A DNA stretch of 64,000 nucleotides from the NCBI RefSeq assembly GCF_006345805.1, contig NC_043007.1, positions 69,254,001 through 69,318,000 on the forward strand, written 5' to 3'. Numbering within the stretch: the stretch's first letter is position 1; each line of letters begins with the position of its first letter. Made by a program: the position numbers and the translations under genes. The DNA comes from Octopus sinensis. Lineage: Eukaryota. This document shows, one piece after another, positions 51,561 through 64,000 of this stretch. The notes below the pieces were generated by a model. The model saw only the letters and a list, made by a program, of their open reading frames with translations, was not told where the DNA came from and did not search any database.

Positions 51561-51843
51561 CATACATACATGTACGAATGTACACAGAACCGATAATAAA
51601 TATGCAGGGCTGTTCTGCAAAGGGATTTCTTTGAAGACCGGATAAACTAAAACATTCACGACATTGAAATGTAAGTGATATCCTTGATAACATAATCGCC
51701 ATACTTTTATTTGATATTGCAGATTGCAGAAGAAATATTTATCAACTTTCACTAATATTCCACAACGGATTCTACCCGTAGGACATCATCTATAATGAAT
51801 ATTACCGAATTCATTAAAATCTAATTCAATTTACAGACACAAA

Positions 51844-52298
51844 CACACACACACACACAAGCTTGTACACACATACATACACGCATAGAAATACATGTAC
51901 ATACCTATTTATATAAATATATATATAGACAGTCATACGCATATATATACCTATGTATGTATAGGGAAAACCCGCGTTTGGCATAGACAATTAATTTTGT
52001 GTATGGTGATTATATAGTGCATCATGTTTAGTGAGTGTGTGTGTATGTGTGTGTGCATGTATGTGTACATATATATATATACATATATATATATACATAT
52101 GTATACATATATATATATGTATATATATCAGCCGAAATTGCGAAGATAATCTGGTACTTGTTTGAGGAAAGAAAACTTCGAATGACCCGTTCTTGTTTTC
52201 TTTGTATCGTCTATCTGGATGTTTTGCTGTCCCATTTTTGTATCACCTAACTGTCCGGATGTGTTGCGTTTTTGTCCCATTTTGTATTATTTATATAT

Positions 52299-52361
<63 letters not shown>

Positions 52362-52385
52362 GCGAGACGTAGAGAAATAGACAGG

Positions 52386-52416
<31 letters not shown>

Positions 52417-53069
52417 ATTTATAAACATACATGCTCACACACACATGTGCATGAATGTATATATATATGCATGTATGTGTCTGTATGTCTGTGTATATTA
52501 TGGTTGTTCGACCTGCTAGAAATAGAAATCAAATTTCTCCCCACTGTTTTACATAAAGGACATATTGGATAACGTAGCCACTGATATTAAATGGCGCGCC
52601 TGGATTACTTCTTGGAAATACGCACACACACACACACACACAAGCTTGTACACACATACATACACGCATAGAAATACATGTACATACCTATTTATATAAA
52701 TATATATATAGACAGTCATACGCATATATATACCTATGTATGTATAGGGAAAACCCGCGTTTGGCATAGACAATTAATTTTGTGTATGGTGATTATATAG
52801 TGCATCATGTTTAGTGAGTGTGTGTGTATGTGTGTGTGCATGTATGTGTACATATATATATATACATATATATATATACATATGTATACATATATATATA
52901 TGTATATATATCAGCCGAAATTGCGAAGATAATCTGGTACTTGTTTGAGGAAAGAAAACTTCGAATGACCCGTTCTTGTTTTCTTTGTATCGTCTATCTG
53001 GATGTTTTGCTGTCCCATTTTTGTATCACCTAACTGTCCGGATGTGTTGCGTTTTTGTCCCATTTTGTA

Positions 53070-53144
<75 letters not shown>

Positions 53145-53165
53145 GCGAGACGTAGAGAAATAGAC

Positions 53166-53203
<38 letters not shown>

Positions 53204-53430
53204 ATTTATAAACATACATGCTCACACACACATGTGCATGAATGTATATATATATGCATGTATGTGTCTGTATGTCTGTGTATATTATGGTTGTTCGACC
53301 TGCTAGAAATAGAAATCAAATTTCTCCCCACTGTTTTACATAAAGGACATATTGGATAACGTAGCCACTGATATTAAATGGCGCGCCTGGATTACTTCTT
53401 GGAAATACGCACACACACACACACACACAC
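51844..53430. repeat. Near-identical 783-bp direct tandem duplication
   Basis: AAGCTT at 51859 and 52642 (offset 783); identical supplied ORFs 52035-52250 and 52818-53033; differences I could see lie in (TA)n lengths. Confidence 0.95.
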
Positions 53431-54959
53431 ACACCCAGAGGCACGCACACACAGACGCGCGCGCACATACACATACACACTCGTATATTAATGTATATGC
53501 ATACCTGTATAGAAATGTAATAAGTAGACAAATATGCATGAGTCTGTGTCAGTATGCAAATATGTGCAAATATATATATGTAAATACACACACACACACA
53601 CACACATACACTCACATAGATCTGTATACTACAGTGAGCCAATCTGTGTTGTCTTTTATATCTGGTAACGAATCTCCAGGAACCCATATCAAACATCAAG
53701 TCGTTTGATCAGTGTTTATCTCCTTTACAGGACGTAGGGTCAAATTCGAACTTCCACTCCAAGGGTGGCCAACTGTTATAAGTGTTTCCAACTTTTCGAA
53801 TGTATAACTATTTATTTAGAGTTGATATTTATTCTGTTTGGTGAGGGAGGAAAAGACAATATTCATTGATGTACAACAACCTTTCTTGTACAATAACGTT
53901 TTACGTATTATAGAAAATGGCCTTAAAGTTTAATTTAAAATGAAATCTTGCAAATTTTGATGAATATGAAATAGGAGTTACTACTACTAGATTCATGGAA
54001 ATAGGCCTATAAAAGCCCGAATAATATATTTTAACGGGAGCAACCTATCTTCTTGTTGCAATATATCTTGATACTGCAACAAAGCATTCTGTTCTTTATA
54101 AGCAACATTTGGTGCATTTTTGATTATCAGTTTTCTCACTTAATTCGAAAATTTCTGAATGAGTAACTTTTGGGTATTGCTGTTCTGCTACATAGTTCAA
54201 AGTATGAACAGTACTATTCAAGATTCTCTGAAAGAATGATGCCAATTATGAAGGTAAAGCTCTTTCTTTTAAGCTGCACCACAAAAATCTTGCAAATTCA
54301 GAACGTCTTCGAAAACTAAACTGTCTTGTACAATTCAATGTACAATTCTGCATTGTTTCGTAGGTTGCTTTTACGCGACACTTTCACTACGTTGCAACTC
54401 CTGTTCCAGCAACACTAAAACTCTATGTTTAACATATTTTGTTTGAGGAAACCTGAGACGATCAGGCTTTCCTTTTGAACCATGTACAAACTTCGAGTCC
54501 TAATAAATGATTGAATATGGTGGGGCATCCTTGATATTTTAAACTTTTCTTTTTCTGCAATTCCTTTAAAAGTGCTTCTCAGATGACTTGTATTTTCAAA
54601 ATTTTCTCCGAAACCTACTGCATAGGAAACAGCTAGGTATGTTCTCTCCCAATGAAATATTAAGACAGTCATACATCAGGGAAATCTGAAGTAATCGTAT
54701 TATTTTCTATTTTCTTGTTTGTTGGCACTGCTGATTCCTCGAAAATCTTATTTAGATTAACATCATCACAACCAAAAGAGTTTAAAACTAAAGCGCCAAA
54801 ATGTTTTTTCTTATATATCTTACACTTTTAGGAACCTAATTTTTATGCAATCTATCCGAAAATTCTTATTTGTTTCTTTTTGGTTCTTCAAACGCAATTT
54901 TTGAAAATCCTCCTTCGTTTTGTCCATCGTGTCATGTGCAGCCATATTTTATAAGTTGT

Positions 54960-55950
54960 TTTCAAATTTTGGCACAAGGCCAGCAATTCCGGGGGAAGGG
55001 AATAAATCGATTACATCAATCCCATTGCTCAATTGATACTTCACTTATCGACTCCATAAGGATGAAAGTCAAAGTCAACTTCAATAGAATTTGAACTCAG
55101 AATGTAAAGATAGACGAAATGCCGCTAAGTATTTTGCTGCAGTGCTGCTCATTCTGTCAGCTCACCGCCTTAATTCATATCTTGCGAATTAAGAAATTTT
55201 TCTGTAACCGTATTTGTCAGATGCTAAATCGAAATTAAGTGCATTCTTGTAACAAATTGATCTAGCTCAGTGTTCAGTGAAAGCTTTTAATTTTTTAGGA
55301 AGTCAAACATATCTCACATCTTTGCGTTCTGAATTCAAATTCCGCCGAGGTCGACTTGGCCTTTCATCCTTACAGGATCGATAAAATAAGTACCAGTTGT
55401 GTACTGTGGTCGATGTAATCGACTCATCCTCTCCCCCGAAATTTCAGGCCTCTAACCTATAACAGAAAGGATTATTATCAATTATTATCAATTTCTAGAA
55501 ATAAGGCGGCGAGCTGGCAGAGTCGTTAGCACACCGGACAAATAGCTTAGCGGCATTTCGTTCATCTTCACGTTCTAAGTTCAAATTCCGCCGAGATTGA
55601 CTTTCTCTTCCATTCTTTCGAGGTCAATAAAATAAGTAGCATTTGAGTACTGGGGTCGATTTAATAGACCTCTTCTTCCCCCGGAATTGCTGGCCTTGTG
55701 CCAAAAATTGAAAGAACTATTAATTTCTAGACAACAGTGGCGAGTTGGCAGAATCGTCAGCACGTCGGGAAAAATGCTTAGCGGCATTTCCACCATCTTT
55801 ACGTTCTGAGTTCAAATTCCGCCGAGGTCGATTTTGCCTTTTTATTCTTTCAGGATGTTTAAAATAACTACCAGTTGATCGCCGCGATCGATATAATCGA
55901 CTAAACCCCTATCCTGAACTTGCTGCCCTTGTGCTAAAATTTGAAACCAT
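54960..55950. mobile_element. Cluster of four SINE family C copies (minus 54960-55170; plus 55318-55470, 55502-55715, 55736-55950)
   Basis: Repeated GAGCTGGCAGA(A/G)TCGT heads, GTTCAAATTCCGCCGAG B boxes and tail-2 ends. Confidence 0.85.
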
Positions 55951-56109
55951 TATTAATTTGTAGAAAAAAAAAACATAGCAAAATGAATTCGATTTTTGTT
56001 ATCAGCATGCGAAACTATATATCAGAACTCCATTTTTGGAAAATAGTTTGGTGAAAATTTGATTTAACTTCAAGTGGTTTATCAAATTTAGAAAAATAAC
56101 AAGATCAAG

Positions 56110-56130
56110 AGGTACATTGTAGAACAAGAC

Positions 56131-56207
<77 letters not shown>

Positions 56208-57215
56208 GAGACAGAGAGAGACAGAGAGAGAGACAGAGAGACAGAGAGACAGAGAGACAGAGAGAGAGAGACAGAGACAGAGGATAAAAAGAGAGAAAAA
56301 GAAAGAAAAGGAGAGAAAATGTAAAAAAGAAAGAGGAACAAACATTTTCGTATCTCCTCTTCGTCGTTGTTCTATCCATAAGCAACAACACTAACCTCAA
56401 AATCACCACCACCATTACTACTACTACCATCACCACCACCGTCACCTCCACCACTACCATTATGACCACCACTACCACCGACATCACCACCAACACCACC
56501 AACAACATCAATACCACCTCAACCGCTGCCACCACCAACAACCACCACCGTCGCCGCCGACATCACCGTTAGCATCACCACCGCCAACCTCACCCCATTT
56601 TTTCACCACCATTAAGCCTCACCCCACGACTGTAAAATTGGCAACTGATGACTCTTTGATGTGTGAAATTTTACCGATTAGTCCCAGCTCAATAGGTTAC
56701 TAACAATACAGTAGTACAAAAACAACATTATTACTACCATCACCACTACTACCACTAACAACAACAACAACAACAACAACACCAGCAATATTAGCAACCA
56801 TACTAACACCTACGAATGTTTCTGTACCAATTCATCACTACCACCACTACTACCACCAGCACCACCACCGTTACTACCACCAAGACCAACACCATCATCA
56901 TCATGAGTAGCATCACCACCACCAACAGCACCACCATCATCGCCACCGGAACCACCATCACCACCGCCGCCACCGGAACCACCACCACTACCACAAACAA
57001 CACCACCATCACTACCACCACCACCACCACCACCACCACCACCACTGTTACCACTACTATCATCACTGCCCCCACACCACCAGCACCTCCAACACCACCA
57101 CCACCACCACCATCACTATCACCATCACCAGTAGCAGCAACAACAGCAGCATTTCCATCATCATCATCATCGCCGTCGTTCTTATCATCATCATCCTCCT
57201 CCTCATCATCATCAA
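56110..57215. repeat. (GA/GACA)n and degenerate (ACC/ACT/CAT)n low-complexity tracts
   Basis: Direct reading. Confidence 0.85.
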
Positions 57216-57632
57216 GAGAGATGCATAGAAATATTAGATGCGTATGTGTGCGCGTGTAAGTATATAGAAGTGTGTGTATACAGACATGTACGTGTATGAC
57301 TGTGTATGTATGTGTATGTATATGTGTGTGTGTGTGTGAATGTATGTGTAAGAGAGAAGAGAGAAAGAAAGGAAAGAGAGAGAAGGAGAAAAGGAGTGAG
57401 GGAGAGAGAAAGGAGTTCCCCATATGAACAGCAATTTTCCAATAATGTTGACGACAAAAGGAGAAATGAAACACACAACATATGAAAGAAGTTAAAAGGT
57501 CAGCATTAAACAAGAATATTATATTTTAAAAGTACAATATGTATGTGTGGGTAGGAATGTATACGCATACATACACACACATATATGTGTATGCGTACAT
57601 ATGCGTACATGTACATGTATGTATGTATAGAT

Positions 57633-57677
<45 letters not shown>

Positions 57678-57710
57678 CATATATTTATATATACACAAAT
57701 AAATAAATAA

Positions 57711-57770
<60 letters not shown>

Positions 57771-57775
57771 GTATC

Positions 57776-57861
<86 letters not shown>

Positions 57862-58137
57862 ATATATATATACATATCTGGCAAAAATGGAAGTTGTAAG
57901 ATTACTGTAAGATATATATATATATGCGCGCGCGCGCGCGCGTGTGTGTGTGTGAGAGAGAGTATGTGTGTGTGTATATGCAACTATAGGTATGTATATG
58001 TTTAAATGCATTCATATCTAAATATATGTATATATATACATACATACAAACATGCATATATATTTACAAATATAAATATATACTTATACATACACACACA
58101 AATGTATGCATCTATAAATGTTTATATGCAAGTACGG

Positions 58138-58562
<425 letters not shown>

Positions 58563-59094
58563 ATATATGTCTGTCTGTCTGTCTGTGCATGTGTGTGTGT
58601 GTTATAGAATTTAAAAGCCGGCTATGAAAAAGCAACAGTGTCCTTTTTTTGTGTGTCTTTTTTTTTTTTTTTTCATTTTTCTTGGGGTGTGATCAATGGT
58701 GAATATGATTGTGGCGAGGAAGGAGAAGGCGCGAAAGTAGGGAATGCAGATTGTTTTAAGGTTAGGAGCGAGCGATTGTGAATGCGATGGTAATATGTGA
58801 GTTTTTGTGTGCGTGTGTATGTGTGTACGGATGGGTGAGCGGGTGGGATTATCATCAAAGGGACCGCATAATGAGGTGTGGTATGTGGGAAGCGGTTAGT
58901 TGTTTACATCGTTGCTATTATCATTCATTCGCTTGTTTTAATGTCGAGAAGAAGGCTGTATAGCGAGCCAGCCTATTTGTTGTACCTAAAGACTCAGGGT
59001 CACGTTTTTTTTCCCTCTTATTCTCAGTTCTTAATCCCACTACATGGACTTTCAGACTCTTAGTGGGTGGGATGAGTAATAATCGTTTCTACTA

Positions 59095-59635
59095 AAAGCA
59101 CAAGGCCTGAAATTTGTGGGGAGGGACTTGTCGCTTACATCGACCCTAGTGTTTCACTGGTACTTAATTTATCGACCCCTAATGGATGAAAGGCAAAGTC
59201 GACATCGGTGGGATTTGAACACAGAACGTAACGGCAGACGAAATACCTATTTCTTTACTACCCACAAGGGGCTAAACACAGAGAGGACAAACACGGACAG
59301 ACAAATGGATTAAGTCGATTATATCGACCCCAGTGCGTAACTGGTGCTTATTTTAATCGACCCCGAAATGATGACAGGCAAAGTCGACCTCAGCGGAATT
59401 TGAACTCAGAACATAGCGGCAGACGAAATGCCGCTAAGCATTTCGGCCAGCGTGCTAACGGGTCGACTAAAGCAGTGAGCTGGCAGAATCGTGAACACAC
59501 CTTGAAAAATGCTTGGCAGTATTTCGTCCATCTTCACGTTCTGAGGTCAAATACCACCGAGTTTGAACTTGATTTTCATCGTTTCGGATGTAATCTGTTC
59601 CAAAATTGTTGGCCTTGTGCCAAATCTTGAAACCA
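59095..59635. mobile_element. SINE family C dimer (minus 59095-59460) head-to-head with a degraded plus copy (59470-59635)
   Basis: Same head + body/tail 1 + body/tail 2 layout as 43585-43962. Confidence 0.85.
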
Positions 59636-59759
59636 GTATTATCGGGTCGAAATGACTGAAACGCTTTCCATCGATTATTTGCTCGGCGAGGGCAGAAAAA
59701 TCTTTTTCACCCATGAAATACCTCTTCCTCTCCTTTAGAAATTTGCTTTCTCTTTCATT

Positions 59760-60129
59760 CTTTTACTTGTTTCAGTCATTTGACTGCGGCCATACTGGAG
59801 CACCACCTTTAGTCGAGCAAATCGACCCCAGGTCTTATTCTTTGTAAGCCTAGTACTTAGTCTATCGTCTCTTTTGCCGGGACGTAAACACACCACCATC
59901 AGTTGTCAAGCGATGTTGGGAGGACAGACACAGACACACAAACATATACACACACATACATACATATATACATATATAGGACGGGTTTCTTTCAGTTTCC
60001 TTCTACCAAATCCACTTACAAGGCTTTGGTCGGCCGGAGGCTATAGTAGAAGACACTTGCCCAAGATGCCACGCAGTGGGAATGAAACTGAACCATGTGG
60101 TTGGTAAGCAAACTACGTACCACACAGCC
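59760..60129 (-). mobile_element. SINE family A
   Basis: Near full-length, with a small internal deletion. Confidence 0.88.
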
Positions 60130-60489
60130 GGAAACTAATATCTAAGATTTATGATCAAAGATGTTCCCGGTGTGACCATCCCCATTTATTTTTCTCAAAG
60201 CTTGTATAGCAAATACGATGTTATTTAAACCCCACCCTTTTTTCTTAAGATGGGTTGGCCGGCTACTTCCTGCTGGTCGAAAGACATGAGTAGCAGCTGC
60301 CTCTTTCATGCGTCATAAAAGAAATCACTTTGTCTTTAGCCCATGGTCAATCCTGATCCACTATAACAACGATTCAAACGTTTTCAGAGATTACACCATC
60401 CAACGTCCTTCCCTTTTAACAATGTTTGAATGTAATTTAACTAAGATATAGCTGCAATTTCTAGAAGTAGGTCCCTTATAGAAATTCGG

Positions 60490-61135
60490 CCATAACCAGA
60501 AAAATGCATTTTTTTAATGATATTTTTTACAAACATGCTTCATATGGTGTAGTTCCCTATTATATGGGCATTTGTTGTGAAAAGAATTATTTCCCGAGAG
60601 GAATTTTCGAAAAATTAACGCGAGACGGTGTTGTTTCCTCGTAACTTTCAAAAAATGGGTACCATTTTTAAAGAAATTTTCTACAGATACATTTCAGAGA
60701 CTGTATATTACGATTATATTGAAATTTATTTTGTAAAATGAGAAAAAATGGTAGGTTCGTTCACATACACACTGATATACATCACATATATTTACAAAGG
60801 AAATTTGAAATTTCGGAAAAAATTGGTAACGTGAGTCAGAATATAACTGTGTGTGCCCTCCAATATTTTTTCCACATTTATCTCCAATATAACCGTAATC
60901 TACACACTCTGAAAGGTCTTTGTAGAAATTTTCACTAACAGATACCCATTTTCCTGAAAGTTATGAGGAAACAAAGCCGACTCATGGGAATTTTTTAAAA
61001 TGTCTCTCTCCACTCGTAGAAAACATTTCCCACAACGAATTCCTATATAATCAGAATGTACACCGTCTAAAGTATATTTGTAGACAATTTCATTAAACAA
61101 TATCCATTTTTTCTGGAAATTATGAGGAAACAAAG
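60490..61135. mobile_element. Foldback-type element with ~240-bp modular inverted arms
   Basis: 60631-60728 is the inverse of 60879-60975; pairing extends to about 60498/61115; each arm carries two diverged copies of a TTGTTTCCTC(A/G)TAA..TTC...AAAATGG module. Confidence 0.8.
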
Positions 61136-61455
61136 TGGAGTGGGGTGTAATTTTGTAAGTATGCCGAAATTTCTTCTTTGAATGAATTTTTTTTATTTCA
61201 ATTATTTATCTATTTAGGTTTAGAGTTCAAATTCTCTTGGAGTTGGTTTACACATTCATCATTTTGGCGATGTTCGATAAACCAGTTATGTACTGAAATA
61301 GATTCAAACATGGTCTGCGATGCACCAGTTATGTGCTGGCTTTATATTCAGTCATGGTGTATGCAGTTACTACCGTATTACGATAGATATAATCATGGTC
61401 TATATAGTACCGTACTTTTAAATGTTGTGTATCTCATCAGGTCTATGTTGACACT

Positions 61456-61689
61456 AAGGCGGCAAGCTGGCAGAAACGTTAGCACGCCGGGCGAAATGCT
61501 TAGCGGTATTTCGTCTGCGTTACGTTGTGAGTTCAAATTCCGCCGAGGTCGACTTTGCCTTTCATCCTTTCGGGGTCGATAAATTAGTACCTGTTACGCA
61601 CTGGGGTCGATGTAATCGACTTAATACCTATGTCTGTCCTTGTTTGTCCCCTCTGTGTTTAGCCCCTTGTGGGTAATAAAGAAATAGGT
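61456..61689 (+). mobile_element. SINE family C monomer with target-site duplication
   Basis: GGTCTATGTTGACA at 61440-61453 and again at 61687-61700. Confidence 0.92.
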
Positions 61690-61702
61690 CTATGTTGACA
61701 GT

Positions 61703-62020
61703 GAGGGTGCGTGGTTTAGTGGTTAGGGCATTCGGCTCACGATCATAAGGTTGTGAGTTCGATTCCCGGCGATGCGTTGTGTCCTTGAGCAAGACACTTT
61801 ATTTCACGTTGCTCCAGTCCACTCAGCTGGCAAAAATGAGTAGTACCTGTATTTCAAAAGGGCCAGCCTTGTCACACTCTGTGTCACGCTGAATCTCCTT
61901 GCGAACTACGTTACGGTACGTGTCTGAGGAATGCTCAGCCACTTGCACGTTAATTTCACGAGCAAGCTGTTCCGTTGATCGTATCAGCTGGGACCCTCGT
62001 CGTCGTAAGCGACGGAGTGC
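61703..62020 (+). mobile_element. SINE family D (CORE-like, probably OR2), tail type 2
   Basis: GTGGTTTAGTGGTTAGG A box, GAGTTCGATTCCC B box, TGTCCTTGAGCAAGACACTTTATTTCAC core; tail shared with the family B copy at 17589. Confidence 0.88.
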
Positions 62021-62139
62021 TCCTATATTGACAGTACCATTTATATACCGTGGTAAACCTTACATGGTCTATCCAGTACTAGTTTATATACGGGGGTGCA
62101 TTCAGTCATGATCTATGTAGTCAGTAGCAGACGTATCCT

Positions 62140-62450
62140 GAGAAAAATCCAAACTACTAAATTACTTTCCTTGGAAACCTCTGTCATCACAGTCGCTTTA
62201 AATGTTGGTCCTCACTATCAGCAAAGATTTCTATTAAGAAAGCACATACTTAGCATCCCACATATTGGCGCGTCTCTCAGGAACCAGAAGATACTTCAAG
62301 ACCTCATCGGCTGCTGACAATCTACAAGACTCAAATGAGCTTTGCAGCAAAGTACTTTTCCCATCTAGAACTATGCTGGTGCCACTATGCACACTGACAA
62401 TCTGCTCCGTATCAAAAGAAGGATCACTCAACTAATTGGCATTTCATCCC
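62140..62450 (+). pseudogene. Decayed CR1/L2-group LINE RT C-terminal fragment
   Basis: KHILSI...RRYFK...LLTIYKTQ...YFSHL...AGA...LRIKRRITQLIG follows the HI.SI...RARRYF...LLTLYKAQ...YCSH.W.GA...DRIQ..A.RLIG pattern, with frameshifts. Confidence 0.55.
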
Positions 62451-62499
62451 TAACGGTGACCCTCCAGCTCACAGGTTGGTTTATGTCCCAGCATCCTAA

Positions 62500-62650
62500 C
62501 AATTTGACAAAAGAAACCAATAGAATAAGAACCAGCCTTTAAACTAGATATTGGGAAGGATTTGTTCGTCTAAAATCCTTCAAGGCTATGCCTCAGTATG
62601 GCCGCAGTCCAATGACTGGAACATGCAAAAGATAAAAGGAAAAATAAATA

Positions 62651-62727
<77 letters not shown>

Positions 62728-62849
62728 TGTGGAATACATCTAATCAGGGCTTATTTTATACCTGGTACTCATGTTATCGGTACTTTTCTGAACCATTACA
62801 TTATGGGGACGTAAACAAACTAACACCAGTTGGCAAAAAGTGGGAGTGC

Positions 62850-62880
<31 letters not shown>
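62500..62880. mobile_element. SINE family A fragments around a (GT)n tract
   Basis: TATGGCCGCAGTCCAATGACTGGAAC tail (plus) and GGGGACGTAAACAAAC body (minus). Confidence 0.6.
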
Positions 62881-63981
62881 TGTGAGTGTGTATGTGTATG
62901 TGTGTATGAATTATGAAAATTGTTATCCCTTTACGAGAAAATGATGTTAAAAATGTTACGAACATTTAATAGTTATATTTCGTAATTTCAGCGTGTAAAT
63001 AGTTCAAACCTAAAATATCAGTTTCCTGTTTAATCCTAAACTGATGAGATCCTTGTAAATTAAATAACTGAGTATACGGGAGTTATTCTATTGCTTACAT
63101 AGATGGGTGGTCCCGGGCAGTTCTGGTGTCGTGGTGGAAGGGACCGAAATACTCACAGAGCTGCTTCAATGTCTGATGAGACCTCGATTCTGCATTCGGA
63201 GACGGAATACAGAAGTACCCTCAGCACTCAAGTATTTATTGTAAAATGTTGTTAAACTATAGGAAGAGGTAGTCACAAAAATCTTAATAGAATAAATAGC
63301 CGAGTATTTCATTGTCGTTTGTTTCCTTAACGCAATAGTCAGAAGTGATTATAACATCCAAGGTAACTTGGCTTCGGGGGAAGCCTCTCCTCCATGGAGG
63401 CGAAAGTTAGAACACGAATTGTGATACAAAATGCAGCTGCAGATGAGCATCCCGGAGTCATGATCTGGATGCAACCTGGTCCTCAAAGTGTTAGGAGCAG
63501 AAACACTTGCATAAGGGACTGCTTCTCTGGGCACCTTTTACTGTTCAGTTTCCCCAAGAGTTTCTCATTACAATTTGTTTTTCATGCAGAAGGCGTCTTT
63601 GGGTATTTCCTCAGTCCACCTTTTAAGTATTGATAGTCACGGAAGCTATTGCATTCATTTTGCTAAAAAATATTTGACAAAATAAAATATATTTTAACAA
63701 AATACTTTTTTATAAGGTTTGTATATTATCCATAACTGGCTATAAAGAATCTGTTTCACATGTAAAGATTTTCTAATTTAGTGTTTGTAATTTTAGAAAT
63801 TCCTTAATGAATTGTATGACATTTTAACACGGCGCCAGAGCAAAATAGAATTTGTAGAAAACATACCTTTCATCAGGGTTACAAATTGCTCATCAGTAGG
63901 GTACACCAGGCACTGAAACAGAAAGTGCTGAATGTTATTACAAGTTAAACCTAACATATCAACAATTATACTTAACTCTGT

Positions 63982-64000
63982 GGAGGCGCAATGGCCCAGT
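63982..64000 (+). mobile_element. Start of a SINE family B copy (cut by the window edge)
   Basis: GGAGGCGCAATGGCCCAGT is identical to the 5077 head. Confidence 0.7.

Noticed and set aside
50956-51752. Thr-rich mucin-like and Gly-rich cuticle-like ORFs (also 56002-57513)
   Set aside because: They are degenerate (ACC)n microsatellite; there is no signal peptide or splice evidence, and frames are open on both strands as expected for such repeats.

Overview
AT-rich eukaryotic DNA dominated by repeats. It is most likely an octopus (coleoid cephalopod) intron or intergenic region; this is inferred from the tRNA-derived SINE families and microsatellite load, not from a database search. I found no host protein-coding gene I can confidently support and no prokaryotic features; nearly all supplied ORFs are microsatellite or SINE translation artefacts. 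Supported content: about 35 SINE copies from five tRNA-headed families (my labels A-E); a 5'-truncated Tx1/L1-type LINE with a nearly intact RT sitting inside a (TATC)n tract; a Penelope-like RT-thumb/GIY-YIG fragment; three R4/Dong-clade fragments with zinc-knuckle and/or restriction-like endonuclease (RLE) motifs; a non-coding retroelement always tied to (AAT)n; decayed mariner/Tc1, Chapaev-like and CR1-like remnants; non-autonomous Helitrons; several foldback/MITE elements; and a 783-bp tandem duplication. The most interesting signal is a set of minimal type-I hammerhead ribozyme motifs. One lies in the tail of a tRNA-headed SINE (19961-20244, minus strand; sister copy with an intact core at 48601-48644), which suggests a Penelope-mobilised, ribozyme-bearing SINE. 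Alongside this are several apparently microsatellite-targeting retroelements. Coordinates were read by eye and are approximate to a few bases unless stated otherwise.
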